Assembly: GCF_006345805.1 (NCBI RefSeq)
Contig: NC_043001.1
Span: forward strand, 4,464,001 to 4,528,000
Source: Octopus sinensis
Lineage: Eukaryota
Length of the DNA stretch: 64,000 nt
Direction of reading: 5' to 3'
Position numbers and translations under genes: made by a program. Below the pieces are notes generated by a model. The model saw only the letters and a list, made by a program, of their open reading frames with translations. It made no database searches and had not been told where the DNA came from. Shown here one piece after another: positions 12,447 to 25,497 of the stretch (position 1 is its first letter; the number at the start of each line of letters is the position of its first letter).

Positions 12447-14187
12447 CAACTCAAGGGCTTACTAGCGATAGTCAAACAATTCAGTGACGACATCAGAATG
12501 CAATTCGGCCTCGATAAATGTGCAAAGGCTACCTTTATCAAAGGAAAAATGACAGAAACATCTAACGTTAACCTTGACCAACAGAATGTCATAAAAGAAC
12601 TAGACCCAGCGGAGAGCTACAAGTACCTAGGGGTAATTGAAGGGAACGGAATAAGGCATTCAGAGATGAAGGAAAGGATCAGGAGAGAATGCTATCGAAG
12701 AGTGAGAGCAATACTCAAGACAGAGCTGAATGCAAGAAACAGGATCGAAGCAATCAATGCATTAGCTATACCAGTCGTGACTTACAGTTTCAATATTGTT
12801 AACTGGTCAATTACTGAAATATGTCAGCTCGACAGAAAAATAAGGAACTGTTGACAATGCATAGAATGCACCACCCTAAGGCAGATACAGAACGACTCTA
12901 TCTGCCAAGAAAAGAGGGAGGCCGTGGTCTTTTGCAACTGGCAATAACAATGAAGATTGCAACAATTGGCCTAGACACCTACCTGGAAAACTGTGAGGAC
13001 TGGATGTTAAAACTTGTCTCAAAACATGAAAACAAGAAAGCATCATACTCAGTCACAAAACAGGCAAAGGAATATCTAAGTGAATTCCGAATACAACCAA
13101 TTTCGGAATTAGAGATAGACATACAAGAAACAAGCACAGAAAAAGCTAGGCGCATGAAAACCTGTGCCAAAACTGCGGCCTTAGATATTCTGAATAATAA
13201 ATGGCAAGAAAAACCTCTCTACTACGGCAAATACCCAAAGAGAGCGAATAATGCAGATATCGACAAAGCCCTGACCCATCAATGGCTAATGGCCTCTGGC
13301 TTAAAATCTGAAACAGAGGGGTTTATCATAGCAGCTCAAGATCAATGCCTACCAACAAGAAACTACCAGGCCAACATATTAAAGATCAGAAGCAGTCCAA
13401 CGTGTCGTGTATGCAAGCAACAAAATGAAACCATTGACCATGTGGTCTCCAAGTGCAGTCTTCTAGCGCCTACAGAGTATCTCAACAGGCACGATAGAGC
13501 TGCACAATATATTCACTGGGTAATCTGTAAAAACCTGGATTTGCGCCATGAAAAAAACTGGTGGGAACACAAACCACCCCCAGTGCTTGAAAATGACCAC
13601 ATCTCACTCCTCTGGAACTTCACCATTCAAACTGACAGGAAGATAGATGCAAATAGGCCAGACATCATATTGAAAGACTTCAAACAAAGAACATGCCTCC
13701 TCATTGATATGACTGTCCCAATCGATATAAACGTATCTGTCAGGACCTACCAAAAACTGAGCAAATATAAAGATCTTGAAATAGAAATCAGCAAAATGTG
13801 GAAGCTGAAGACTAAAACAATACCTGTTGTCATAGGTGCCCTGGGAATGATAGCAAAAGGGGCTGATAGCTCAGATACCAGGAAACCCAAAAATGGCAGA
13901 AGTTCAAAAGATAGTGCTCATGGGAACTGCTCATATCCTACGCAAAATACTCTCTATGTAACCTCAAGGTTTAAAACAACCATAATTTTCGGTTTAAAAA
14001 AAAAAAAAAAAAAAAAAAAAACTTTTTTCTTTTTTTTAGACATTCATTAGTGCAACATCCCCACCCCCCAAATATATGGCACACTAGGCATAACAACAAC
14101 ATGAACTTCCAACCCTGTTGTCTCTTGAGGTCTCTGGGTGAGACTTGGAGCCAACTTGTACAAATATAAAGCAAAAGTCAAACATAG
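12445..14187 (+). mobile_element. 5'-truncated R4/Dong-like LINE, copy 1 of tandem pair (ORFs 12498-12854 and 12821-14050, split by a 1-bp deletion)
   Basis: RT end MQFGLDKC, YKYLG; CRVC-x8-H-x4-C knuckle; RHD; RPDIILKD...LIDMTVP; KLSKYKDL. (AAT)n on both sides. Confidence 0.95.
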
Positions 14188-14208
14188 AATAATAATAATA
14201 TAATAATG

Positions 14209-14284
<76 letters not shown>

Positions 14285-14286
14285 TA

Positions 14287-15831
14287 AACAACTCAAGGGC
14301 TTACTAGCGATAGTCAAACAATTCAGTGACGACATCAGAATGCAATTCGGCCTCGATAAATGTGCAAAGGCTACCTTTATCAAAGGAAAAATGACAGAAA
14401 CATCTAACGTTAACCTTGACCAACAGAATGTCATAAAAGAACTAGACCCAGCGGAGAGCTACAAGTACCTAGGGGTAATTGAAGGGAACGGAATAAGGCA
14501 TTCAGAGATGAAGGAAAGGATCAGGAGAGAATGCTATCGAAGAGTGAGAGCAATACTCAAGACAGAGCTGAATGCAAGAAACAGGATCGAAGCAATCAAT
14601 GCATTAGCTATACCAGTCGTGACTTACAGTTTCAATATTGTTAACTGGTCAATTACTGAAATATGTCAGCTCGACAGAAAAATAAGGAAACTGTTGACAA
14701 TGCATAGAATGCACCACCCTAAGGCAGATACAGAACGACTCTATCTGCCAAGAAAAGAGGGAGGCCGTGGTCTTTTGCAACTGGCAATAACAATGAAGAT
14801 TGCAACAATTGGCCTAGACACCTACCTGGAAAACTGTGAGGACTGGATGTTAAAACTTGTCTCAAAACATGAAAACAAGAAAGCATCATACTCAGTCACA
14901 AAACAGGCAAAGGAATATCTAAGTGAATTCCGAATACAACCAATTTCGGAATTAGAGATAGACATACAAGAAACAAGCACAGAAAAAGCTAGGCGCATGA
15001 AAACCTGTGCCAAAACTGCGGCCTTAGATATTCTGAATAATAAATGGCAAGAAAAACCTCTCTACGGCAAATACCCAAAGAGAGCGAATAATGCAGATAT
15101 CGACAAAGCCCTGACCCATCAATGGCTAATGGCCTCTGGCTTAAAATCTGAAACAGAGGGGTTTATCATAGCAGCTCAAGATCAATGCCTACCAACAAGA
15201 AACTACCAGGCCAACATATTAAAGATCAGAAGCAGTCCAACGTGTCGTGTATGCAAGCAACAAAATGAAACCATTGACCATGTGGTCTCCAAGTGCAGTC
15301 TTCTAGCGCCTACAGAGTATCTCAACAGGCACGATAGAGCTGCACAATATATTCACTGGGTAATCTGTAAAAACCTGGATTTGCGCCATGAAAAAAACTG
15401 GTGGGAACACAAACCACCCCCAGTGCTTGAAAATGACCACATCTCACTCCTCTGGAACTTCACCATTCAAACTGACAGGAAGATAGATGCAAATAGGCCA
15501 GACATCATATTGAAAGACTTCAAACAAAGAACATGCCTCCTCATTGATATGACTGTCCCAATCGATATAAACGTATCTGTCAGGACCTACCAAAAACTGA
15601 GCAAATATAAAGATCTTGAAATAGAAATCAGCAAAATGTGGAAGCTGAAGACTAAAACAATACCTGTTGTCATAGGTGCCCTGGGAATGATAGCAAAAGG
15701 GGCTGATAGCTCAGATACCAGGAAACCCAAAAATGGCAGAAGTTCAAAAGATAGTGCTCATGGGAACTGCTCATATCCTACGCAAAATACTCTCTATGTA
15801 ACCTCAAGGTTTAAAACAACCATAATTTTCG

Positions 15832-15864
<33 letters not shown>

Positions 15865-16029
15865 TTTTTTCTTTTTTTTAGACATTCATTAGTGCAACAT
15901 CCCCACCCCCCAAATATATGGCACACTAGGCATAACAACAACATGAACTTCCAACCCTGTTGTCTCTTGAGGTCTCTGGGTGAGACTTGGAGCCAACTTG
16001 TACAAATATAAAGCAAAAGTCAAACATAG
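14287..16029 (+). mobile_element. 5'-truncated R4/Dong-like LINE, copy 2 of tandem pair
   Basis: Near-identical to 12445-14187 at offset 1842, with the same truncation point and (AAT)n flanks. Confidence 0.95.
14340..15881 (+). pseudogene. Partial LINE ORF (RT C-terminus, CCHC knuckle, restriction-like endonuclease), 513 aa; catalytic RT core absent, C-terminus frameshifted
   Basis: Motifs as above. After KGAD the frame diverges from the family terminus KGADCYLTQIPGNP...KIVLMGTAHILRKILS seen at 48299-48559, because of an 8-bp deletion. Confidence 0.9.
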
Positions 16030-16054
16030 AATAATAATAATAATAATAATAATG

Positions 16055-16118
<64 letters not shown>

Positions 16119-16134
16119 CAATGATAATATCAAA

Positions 16135-16310
16135 AAAACCTCAGCAATGAGAACCCAGGTTCAAAATTTCCCCAAGACGCCTGGTGAAGGCTGGAGGGTT
16201 TATCAGCCGAAATGTTGTGTTAACAACGAATAATCTGAGGACAAATGTCCGTGAAATATAAATAATGTAAATAATGTACATAATACCCCATCTCTTAAAT
16301 ATATAACTGC
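16135..16310 (+). mobile_element. Probable Penelope-like element terminal-repeat fragment with degenerate hammerhead-like core
   Basis: ctggtga-a-ggctg-loop-cagcc-gaaa resembles the CTGATGA...CGAAA signature of Penelope terminal repeats, followed by gtaaataat repeats. Confidence 0.45.
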
Positions 16311-17011
16311 ATTAAAAAAAATAGTTCAGTTTTTTTTAAAAGGTACACTTTTAACTCTCCGATCACCACCACCATCATCTCTATATCACCCTATCTCTCT
16401 CATTCCTCACACACACACACACACGCTCTCTCTCTCTCTATCTATCTATCTATCTGCCTTTCTGTAACCTCACCATCAGAACGTCACTTCGCTGCTAAAA
16501 TTATATTGTTAACTCTCTTCCTCTATCTTCAACTCACTTTTTAATCCATGTAATAAATATTATGTTTCTCCTACCTCGCCTCGTGGATGCTTCTCTCACC
16601 CTCTTTTTCCCCATCCCACTTCTTTCTCTCCCTTTTTCTCTAATCACGTGAAAGTATTACCGACGCGCTAAGTAACACAATGACAAGCGGAACTATTATA
16701 AGTTACTCTTGCAGCAGATGGCTGGTTTTCTACTGAGAATAAAGCTTGACCCAAATAGAACTAAATAAGCTCAGTGTGCTTCGAATAACGGTGTGCTTTG
16801 AAGCATGTTCAAGGATGATAATATTCTCCCGAGATTATTTCTGAGAATATTTCGCCTCATCTTTGAATGTACTTCATCTTTTTCGGTATGATTTTGCGCG
16901 AATGTAGTCTTTTATGCGACTTTGAAATTCAGTCAGGTGAATCTTTACGCATATCAGCAAAGTTACCGTTTGCTCTTCTGGCAAGAAATTCTCAACAGCC
17001 TTTCAATTATA

Positions 17012-18176
17012 CAGGATCTCCCCAAAAATGTACTCTTATGTTGAATTCACATAAGCTCATAAAATGTTCATTTCTTTTCGGTCAAAGTAACCTTAATAAC
17101 AACAGCAATACGACTACGTTTTGAAGAATGAAAATTTATCATAAATTGCTACTAGCAGCAGAAAAAAATCCTGGAAGTATAAAGACAATTTAGAAGAAAT
17201 TTTAATAAAGATCCACATACGCGATACACCATTGCTCATATCCGAAATAAGTCTGAACCGTGTATGGCATCCAAAAAGAGCGTATTTGGAAGATAACAGT
17301 CATCCACCAGCACTACATAGGATATAGATTTGCTAGGTTTCATTGCACCGATCCACATAGGAATCTGTATGACATGTGGCCCGTAAGACAGCAATCCCCA
17401 GATCAAGCAGCCATTGCATTTCCATGAGATTTCATTGGAAATGTTACATTCCAGCTTTGATCTATATTTAATCCATATTCTAAATGAAGACAAGCCTGAC
17501 AGAAAAACTGAATTCCGTGATTGGTAGCTGGCAAAATGCGAGGAAGATGTAATATTCCCATTTAAAATTCTTTGTGGCTAGTTTCAGTTAAATGACTCCA
17601 TTTACAAACACTGGACTCCTAAATATACACACGGTACAATAGAACAACATTTGAACTTAAGAATGGTTACAATGTGCTGTGGGATATTAGCATAGCCGTT
17701 CTACAAATTGATGAGTTGTTTGGTGAAGTATACACTTACTTTCAGCAAGATGAAGCAGCACTCCACAAGCTTCCTGATGAGAGAGCCTCTCTCGATGCAA
17801 CACTTCCGAAAATATAGACTGGGCTAAAAGTTAGTGTTGAATTCCCTGAACCTGCTCCGGAAAAAAATCTGTTGGAAATGTTATAATGGGAAATCTTAAA
17901 GGTAAGTCTTGTGGCTCAAAACCAGCACAACAGTCGATTAGTTGAAAGACGAAATTAAAAAAATATATCCCGCAACTCCAAACGAATTGCTTCGTAAATC
18001 TATTCAATCTATAATCCACGTTATCGGCTGAGTCAGGAATTTGGTGGTCGTCATTTTGTAAGTATATTTTTATTTTATTTATTTTATCTAGTTTCAGCTC
18101 ACGAGCTGTGGCCATGCTGGGGCCATATATATAATTTCATTTAAATACTGAGTTTTCCTTTTGGGGGCGGCTCCTG
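17012..18176 (+). mobile_element. Decayed full-length Tc1/mariner-superfamily element (DUF4817-like HTH plus DDE/DDD domain)
   Basis: TA-flanked TIRs caggatctccccaaaa... and ...ttttgggggcggctcctg. Remnant peptides EV*RQFRRNFNKDPHTRYTIAHIRNK, EDKPDRKTEFRDW*LAKCEED, FQQDEAALH, GGRHFV. A SINE 3' remnant lies near 18090-18125. Confidence 0.75.
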
Positions 18177-18773
18177 TAAATATGATATTCGTAGAGGATG
18201 AAGTGTCGAAAGACAGAAATTTGTGTATCTTAAGACTCTGTAACACCATTCACAGACCGAATTAATTCAACAAATGTCGTCTACAAAAGGAATATTCTTT
18301 AGAGGATATTTCTGCAACGAAATGCTTCTCATGTCCAAATGTACGCGATCGTGTTAATAAATCTCATTACTCGAATATATTTTATTCAAAGCTATTTTGT
18401 CCAACTTCGTACGTATGCTCATTTTAAAAATTTGATGACTTTTTGGGTCTTCTAAGACGTAACATATCGCTCACATGGTTTTGTATAATTTACTGCCATT
18501 TGTTAAAGTCGTTTACTGCGGTATAGTCCACATAGATTTCTTTGTTTTAATTTCTGTGTCGATATGCTGCAGCTATATCATACTTAAATTTAGGTATATG
18601 AGAGAATTTTTTGTTGGATAAAAGATTTCTGTAGATAAATTTATCAACAACTATATATTATAGAAACTGTACCTAGTATCTAAAGATAGAATTGTCCGTA
18701 CATAAATTTGTTTTCATTTCTGTGTGGGAAGACAGATTTCCGCAGGCGATTCCAAACACAGTGTTTGACGTTT

Positions 18774-20031
18774 ATGGTGTTATCCCATAAATAATGCGGC
18801 TTTTTAATGCTTCTTTTATTTTCCAAAATTAAGATAAAGTTTTAACCTAGAATATAATATTTTTCATTTTCTACTGGGCAATTCCATCTATCTTGTAGAC
18901 TTGCAAGGCCACTCTTCCAAAATTTACTTGTCCGTGACAAAAAATACTTCTTCAGTACCGGTTTAATCACTTCTAGAGTATTCATGTTTTTTCCGTCAAA
19001 ATAATTTTGAAGATTGCGGAATAAATTATAATCAGATGGGGGTAATGTCCGGCGAATATGGTGGTTGGGGCATTATTTCCCATTCAATTTGCTCCAGCTT
19101 TTGAAATGTTACCCTCGCTGTATGTGGCCGAGCATTATTCTGATGGAAGAATATTTTTTCGTCTTGAAATCAGAGATGATCATTTTCCTTCTAGTTCTAA
19201 CAGAAGTCGCTCGAGCAACTCAGTGAAGGTCTGCTTTGTTATCGTTTAATTGTTATCGATTTAAAAGTTTAAGGTGGACTAAACCTTTCATGATCCACCA
19301 AACAGATAACAGCAACTTACGTGGGTGAAGGCCTTCTTTAGCCTCGGATGCTAGTGTTTCTTCTTTCCCTACCTAGGGTCTTCAATGCTTGACATGTTAA
19401 TAGAAAACCCATTTCTCGTCACGAGTCACTATCCAGTCCAAATTTGGTTCATTCGTGAAGAGTGACAGGAAAGAAGAGCACACATTTACTCTCTATGTAA
19501 GATTAGACCCAATTTGCTGACTTTTCCGTCGGCACACAGGTGTCGATGAATAGTTGAATGACCAAAGCCAAGCTTCTCTGCTTGTTCCTCAACATTTACG
19601 ATGTGATTTTGTTCCACGAGTGTTTACAGGACGTCCTTGTTCAGACCTACAGGTCTTCCGGGATGAGGTTCGTCCTCTAGGCTGTAGTTTCCGGCTCCGA
19701 ACTTCTGAAACCACTGTTGATACTAGCTTACGTTTATTGTCCGATCCCCATATACTGCATTAATATTCCGCGCACTTTCATTTGCTTTGTTGCTTTTATT
19801 TCACTAAAAAAGCAAAATATGCCGAATATACTCCTTCGTCACTTCTGTTATAGATTTGGTAAAATAACTGTTAAAGCGAACTGCACACTTCAAAACTTGC
19901 ACTAAGAATAAAGACAAAGTAAAATTACTACCTGTTTTCATAGGTAGTTGATGCAGGTAGTTTATCCCGTCGCTCTCCGACTTTTAGTTGCTGCAATTGA
20001 AAATACCGCGTTATTTATGGGATTACCCAAT
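18774..20031 (-). mobile_element. Decayed full-length mariner
   Basis: TIR pair atcccataaataatgcgg (18782) and ccgcgttatttatgggat (20006). Remnants EYIRHILLF, YSLEDEPHPGRP, PPSDYNLFRNLQNYFDGK, DRWNCPVENEKY. About 1.26 kb. Confidence 0.85.
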
Positions 20032-20300
20032 GCACGCTTCATATGCTTCCTATTAAATCAAATTCTGTGATGTGATTTAAACAGTACATGACTTTAACAT
20101 TGTGAACCTATTGTCATCTGTAACCTATCAGCGATGAGTTCGGGTCATTTCAGCCAAGACAACTCTACAATTATAAAATCTCTGACTATTTTAATTAAAA
20201 TTAACCATTATTCAGTATGGATCTAGATATTATTTGAAACAAATGTAAGGCCTGCGTTTAACTCTCTTACTTGGAGAGCTACTTAATATATTAAATATGT

Positions 20301-20677
20301 CTGGCTGAAACGTTAACACGTTGGGCGAAATGCGTAGCCGTATTTCCTCTGCCGTTATGTTCTGAGTTCAAATTCCGCCGAGCTCGACTTTGCCTTTCAT
20401 CCGTTCAGAGTCGATAAATTAAGTTACGTACTGGGGTCGATGTAATCGCAATCCCTTTGTATGTCCTTGTTTGTCCCCTCTGTATTTAGCCCCTTGTGAG
20501 TAGTAAAGAAATAGGTATTTTGTCTGCCGTTACGTTATGAGATTAAATTACAACGATGTCGAATTTGCCATTCATCATTTCGGAGTCGATAAAATCCATA
20601 CCAGTTGCGTACTGGGGTCGATTTAATCGACTGGTTCCTTCCTAAAAAGTTCGGATATTGTGCCTTGACTAGAAAAG
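20301..20677 (+). mobile_element. tRNA-derived SINE family B, dimeric (B-B')
   Basis: ctgagttcaaattccgccgag B box and ttgcctttcatcc...gtcgataaattaag body, repeated after the aaagaaatag junction. Confidence 0.8.
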
Positions 20678-23344
20678 TATATATTAATTACGTAGAAATA
20701 AAAACTGTATAAAGTTTACGAAAACATTTGCAAAGTTTAGTTGAACTATTTTAATTAAAGTTTCAAATTACTCTTATATTTTTAAAGAATTTCATAACAC
20801 TAAATCTAAATAAATTAATTATTCAATAATTGAATAAAATCAATTTCTTCGTCGCTCTCAAAATGAGGGGACGTAAGCTCATATATATATCTCCTCGAAT
20901 ATGTTGCTGCTTTTTTTAATATTATTTCATCATGACAACACTGTTGCTTAAACAATTCCAAACGCAATCACCGCCATTTTCCCGCTGATAATGGAGGTTA
21001 TTAAGAAAATGTTCTTCCTAACTTTCAGATTGTAGTATCAGATTTGAAACTCCTATGACATGTATTTCTAGCAAATCAAACTCTGAGGCTCCCTCGAGTT
21101 CCCCGTTGTATTTTATTGTATTTTGTAAGTCACTCATTTAAAATATGTCTTGTTGTTTAGTGCAAACGGCGATCAAGATCGTGCAAGTGACAATTGTAGA
21201 TAACAGCAGTTATAGCTGTGGTGGAAAGAATACAATAAGACAATACAAGCTAATGGGAATATTATATATATATATATATATATATACTTAACTACACAAA
21301 CATATATATATATATATAATAATAATAATTGTAATAATATATATATATATACTTAACTACACATACATATATATATATACTTTTGTACACACACACACAC
21401 ATATACATGTGTTTGTGAGTATGTTCTTCAGTGAGTAAAAAAGTAATGGATGCGTATATTTATTCAGAAATATCTTTCTAATTCATTTAACACAATCATC
21501 TCTTTCATGCGTATTGTACACCTGCAGGCTTCACTCGGCATTTTAAAATAGTGTGCGTGTATATACTGTCTCTGACGTACACTCTAATCACACACACGCA
21601 CTCACATGCACACACACACACACACACACACACGCATGTATACATATATATATGTATGTGTGTGTACCACATCCCGTTCATAGAAGCAATTGAAAAAAAA
21701 AAAAACAAAATACAAGCACTATAAGTTGCAGTAATTATATATTATATACCTTCTGCGGATACGAACGTGGTTCTGGTGTTCCGTTCATCATGTGCACATA
21801 AATTCATGAACGCTTCTCGACCAGAATCGTGTTCCTGTGCACAACATGTTATAAAATATGTATGTAAGAATTCAATACATATAGGTGATTGTTATTTATT
21901 TCGAGTGTCTCTTTGTCTCAATAGTCTTTTCTATGTTTAGATTATTGCTGAAATCAGTCGCCTCCTTTCCTTTCGTGATACTTTTCCTAATTTTCATCTC
22001 TTGAAGCACAGGAATTATTCTGTGTATGGTGTGTGTTTTTTAATCTTATAATTGCTAAGAAGTATCTGGGTTCGTATATGTGTATCTGTGTACGTGTGTA
22101 TAATATAAATTACGTAATTTTCTAAGTAGCTCTCTCTCTTTCTCTCTCTCCCTCTCTTCTCTGTGTGTATATATATATATATATATATAAATTCTTCTGA
22201 GCATGAATCGAGTGTGATTGAACTCCTGCCTTTTGATCCACTTTACTCAACAGAAATTATCTACCGACGGAATTTGCGAGCAGCCATTGCCGCACATATT
22301 TTCAAATATTTTAGCACCTGAACCAATTAACAAAATCATACTATCTCCTAGTTGACGTTCCTGTTATAATTCTTTATTGTTCAGAAAGAAACCACATTTA
22401 AAAAAAAATTGAAAAATTGTTTCGTTGCTACATTTTATATTGTTTGTTAGAACAATTTTGATTAATCCAAATAACTGGTGAACACGTTTCCATTGTTTAC
22501 CTTTGTATTATTCCTGCACGCAATAGACATGGCTAATTAGGTCTGCTATCCGAATTAAAAGCAAAACCTGGCTAGAACCCGTGCAAGTTTCACCAAATAT
22601 AATAAGAAATAACTCCTGTCCTTTTCTGTCGAAAATGTTATTCGAAATTCCACTTGTTTTCGCTGTTTAACGACGTTAGTGACTGGGATAGGCATCAGAC
22701 AAAGACTTCTGTTCGACAAATGTCTAAGTTCCGACAAACTAAGTTACATAGAAGCTTCCTTCGACATGCTGCTGGGAACAATTGAAACAGCAGATATCGG
22801 CGTTCTCATTGGATGATATATATAGGGAGAGGTTCCCTTCAGTCTACTTTGGTCTGTAGTTGTAAACGTGCATATTATGGACAGATTAAGAAGGAACCTG
22901 GTTTGATAAACTCCTAGGTTTTAATCTTACTGTAGTCAAGTTATTATATCAACCTAACCAAAAAGAAGAATTACTTCAGGTTATGCAAATGCGACTTTAA
23001 GAGACGCTCTGCTAACCACCTATATTTTCCACGGCAAAATGATTAAAGTAAAGCCGTTGGTGTAGGTAGCTGCTTAAAGAGTTTGCAGATCAACTTCACG
23101 CTGCCTACAATCATGTGGAAAATGGTAGAACAATCAATAGTAGGCGGGTGCAAAAAAATGGAAAAAACCAAACCAAAAAAACAGAAAGTGAAGTAGAGTT
23201 ACGTCCCCTTCGACCGTATAGTTATGAAATTAGTTTACTGTAGGCACCATCTCCGGTGTATGATGTTAATAGCCGTTCATAATTATATGAGTATATTAAG
23301 CAATTTGGACTTCTAACGGGATTCAGTGCCTTTTTTTTTATCAC

Positions 23345-23490
23345 CTGGCGTTAACGGAAGAGCATAGGCTCGAAACGTTAAAGACTCCCTCACCTTCCCG
23401 AGCGTCAAACGAATACACATGTTTGGTGTTTATATACCTGTCTTCGTCTATTTTTTTTTCTGTAAATTTCAACAATATATATATATAAAT
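23345..23490 (+). mobile_element. Possible Penelope-like terminal fragment
   Basis: ttaacg-gaa-gagc-atag-gctc-gaaa-cgttaa hairpin with the CGAAACGT signature, ending at a TA tract. Confidence 0.35.
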
Positions 23491-23578
23491 ATATCAGTTT
23501 GTTAACCTTATAAATTCACTACGTGTAAAACGGATAGACAGATACTAGATAGAATGGGCTTAAGAGTGAACGAGCGAG

Positions 23579-23581
<3 letters not shown>

Positions 23582-23640
<59 letters not shown>
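23582..23640. repeat. (GA)n microsatellite
   Basis: Direct inspection. Confidence 0.95.
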
Positions 23641-23642
<2 letters not shown>

Positions 23643-24291
23643 TGCACGTGTGTCAGTATGTTTGGGTGTTTCTTTTTGTGAAAGCAACAAATAGTGATAC
23701 ACAAATTGAAGAAATGATATAGTATTTAAAAGAAAAAAAGATGACTTGGAAATGAAATATGCTGCAGATCTGAAAGGTAAAATACATTTTATGCAAATAT
23801 ATTCCAAATGTATTTGATAGTACCGCTATATATTATTTGCGCCGAATGCGTACAGAAATGGCTATTTCGAATCTATCAGTATGTATTTATATGCCAAGAA
23901 GTAAGTATGATCGCTCGGGATGTTGAAAATAGATTTAACTAAGGAAATTATGGTTCTGTGGAAATCAACAATAAGTTTTCTTATTATGCAAACAATGTAT
24001 TGCATCTGTTATACAAAGGAGGCAATTCGGACGTTTGTAGCAGTCTGATGAGCTTTATGCTTTCTTATTCTGATAATTTGACCCAACACACACAGAATGG
24101 AAATTTCTCATCCGATAATGTAGTTTTTTGCTAGGTACGGATATTCGATAACAGTCAGTGAATATCGTTCCTACCTATCCAGAGACCCTGAAGTTAAATA
24201 GAAAAGCAACATACATCATATATTATATTTAGGAGTAAATGAATATATATATAAACAATAATAAGGAAAATACTATTGGAATTCTATTTTC

Positions 24292-24432
24292 TCTCATATA
24301 CGCAACGCCCGCAACCTATGAAACAAATGATGATGCCGTATAGTGCTGGATCAACGGAATCTAATCTCATGTACTCAACGCCCGCAGCCTATGAGACAAA
24401 TCATGATGCCCTGTATCCCTGGATCAACGGAA
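24292..24432 (+). repeat. Two-unit 73-bp tandem repeat
   Basis: caacgcccgcaRcctatgaRacaaatSatgatgcc...ctggatcaacggaa at 24303 and 24376. Confidence 0.85.
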
Positions 24433-25497
24433 GCTTTGTTAGTATAATTTGGCGCGTAAATAGTGAGAAGAACGCAACCAGTGGTCTAATTGGAATTCAA
24501 ATTACTGGCATGTTACGCTGCATATTCTGTTGCTTATCATTCGGATGACTGTAGCATAGCCTGCTCGTCTGATGCGTGATTGGTTACTTTACTCTTGTAC
24601 AGTGAGTTGTATCGCTGAATGTAATGGGAAATACTGCCGCGATATGGGAGCGAACGCAAGCACTATCAGTTTGCATCCGTATTCTTACAACACATTTAGT
24701 TTATGTGACCATAGGCTTATAAAGACAGGCTCTTGTGGACGCGTTTTCGTTAATGTTTAATCAGTTTTAAAACAAACAACCCACACACTTCACGTTTCAA
24801 TTGTTTCCATCTCACAGCGCACACGCTTCCATTTTGTTCTCGTCTAAACAGCACAACCATCCCCTCATATACCCCCACCCTTCACTCTTAATCACTGGCT
24901 TGGAATGATTGTAAATATCAAGAAAGTTTTCTTAACGCTGAAATCGACATGAGATATTTGTAGAAGTACCCTGCCTGTTCATTAGAATCTTCGAAACAAT
25001 TCCAGAGTTGGTTGACCATAAAAACATCTGCTCCGACCCAACCCTCTAGGGGATATAACTTGTTTTTATTATGTAACCTGAATAGATTGGACATATTTAT
25101 GGCAGCCTATCTAGACCTGAAGAATTAATAATAGGAATCTGCTCGTTCAGGTCTCCCCAAGTCAATCATTTGTCTTAATTTTAAACACTTCTTCACTGTT
25201 AAAGTGAATGTGTGTATGTATACATTTGTGTATGCAGGAGATTGTGATAGTTCTATTAGCAGCAGAATGTGAGAATCGGTAAAATTACCATTGCCACCAG
25301 CACAACTATCATGACATTCTGTAGCAATTTTAATATCAAGTTCGAGTGAGTTGGCAGTAACACTAGGCATTTTAAATCAGTTAATCTCATTTTGGCTCTT
25401 GTTGATATTGTTGTTAAGTTCCAGCTTATTTCTGTTTGAGAAAATATTTTATCTAACGTTATATCCGTGAACTTAACCCATGTTTTGGAATATTTTA

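Noticed and set aside
12498-14050. Two separate genes (118 aa and 409 aa)
   Set aside because: One LINE ORF split by a single-base deletion relative to the 14340-15881 copy.
14340-15881. Domesticated or active nuclease gene
   Set aside because: 5'-truncated with no RT catalytic core, frameshifted C-terminus and typical retro-insertion flanks.
24292-24432. CRISPR-like array
   Set aside because: Only two units, no unique spacers, no cas genes, eukaryotic context.
25125-25370. 81-aa minus-strand ORF as a host exon
   Set aside because: No recognisable domain or strong splice signals.
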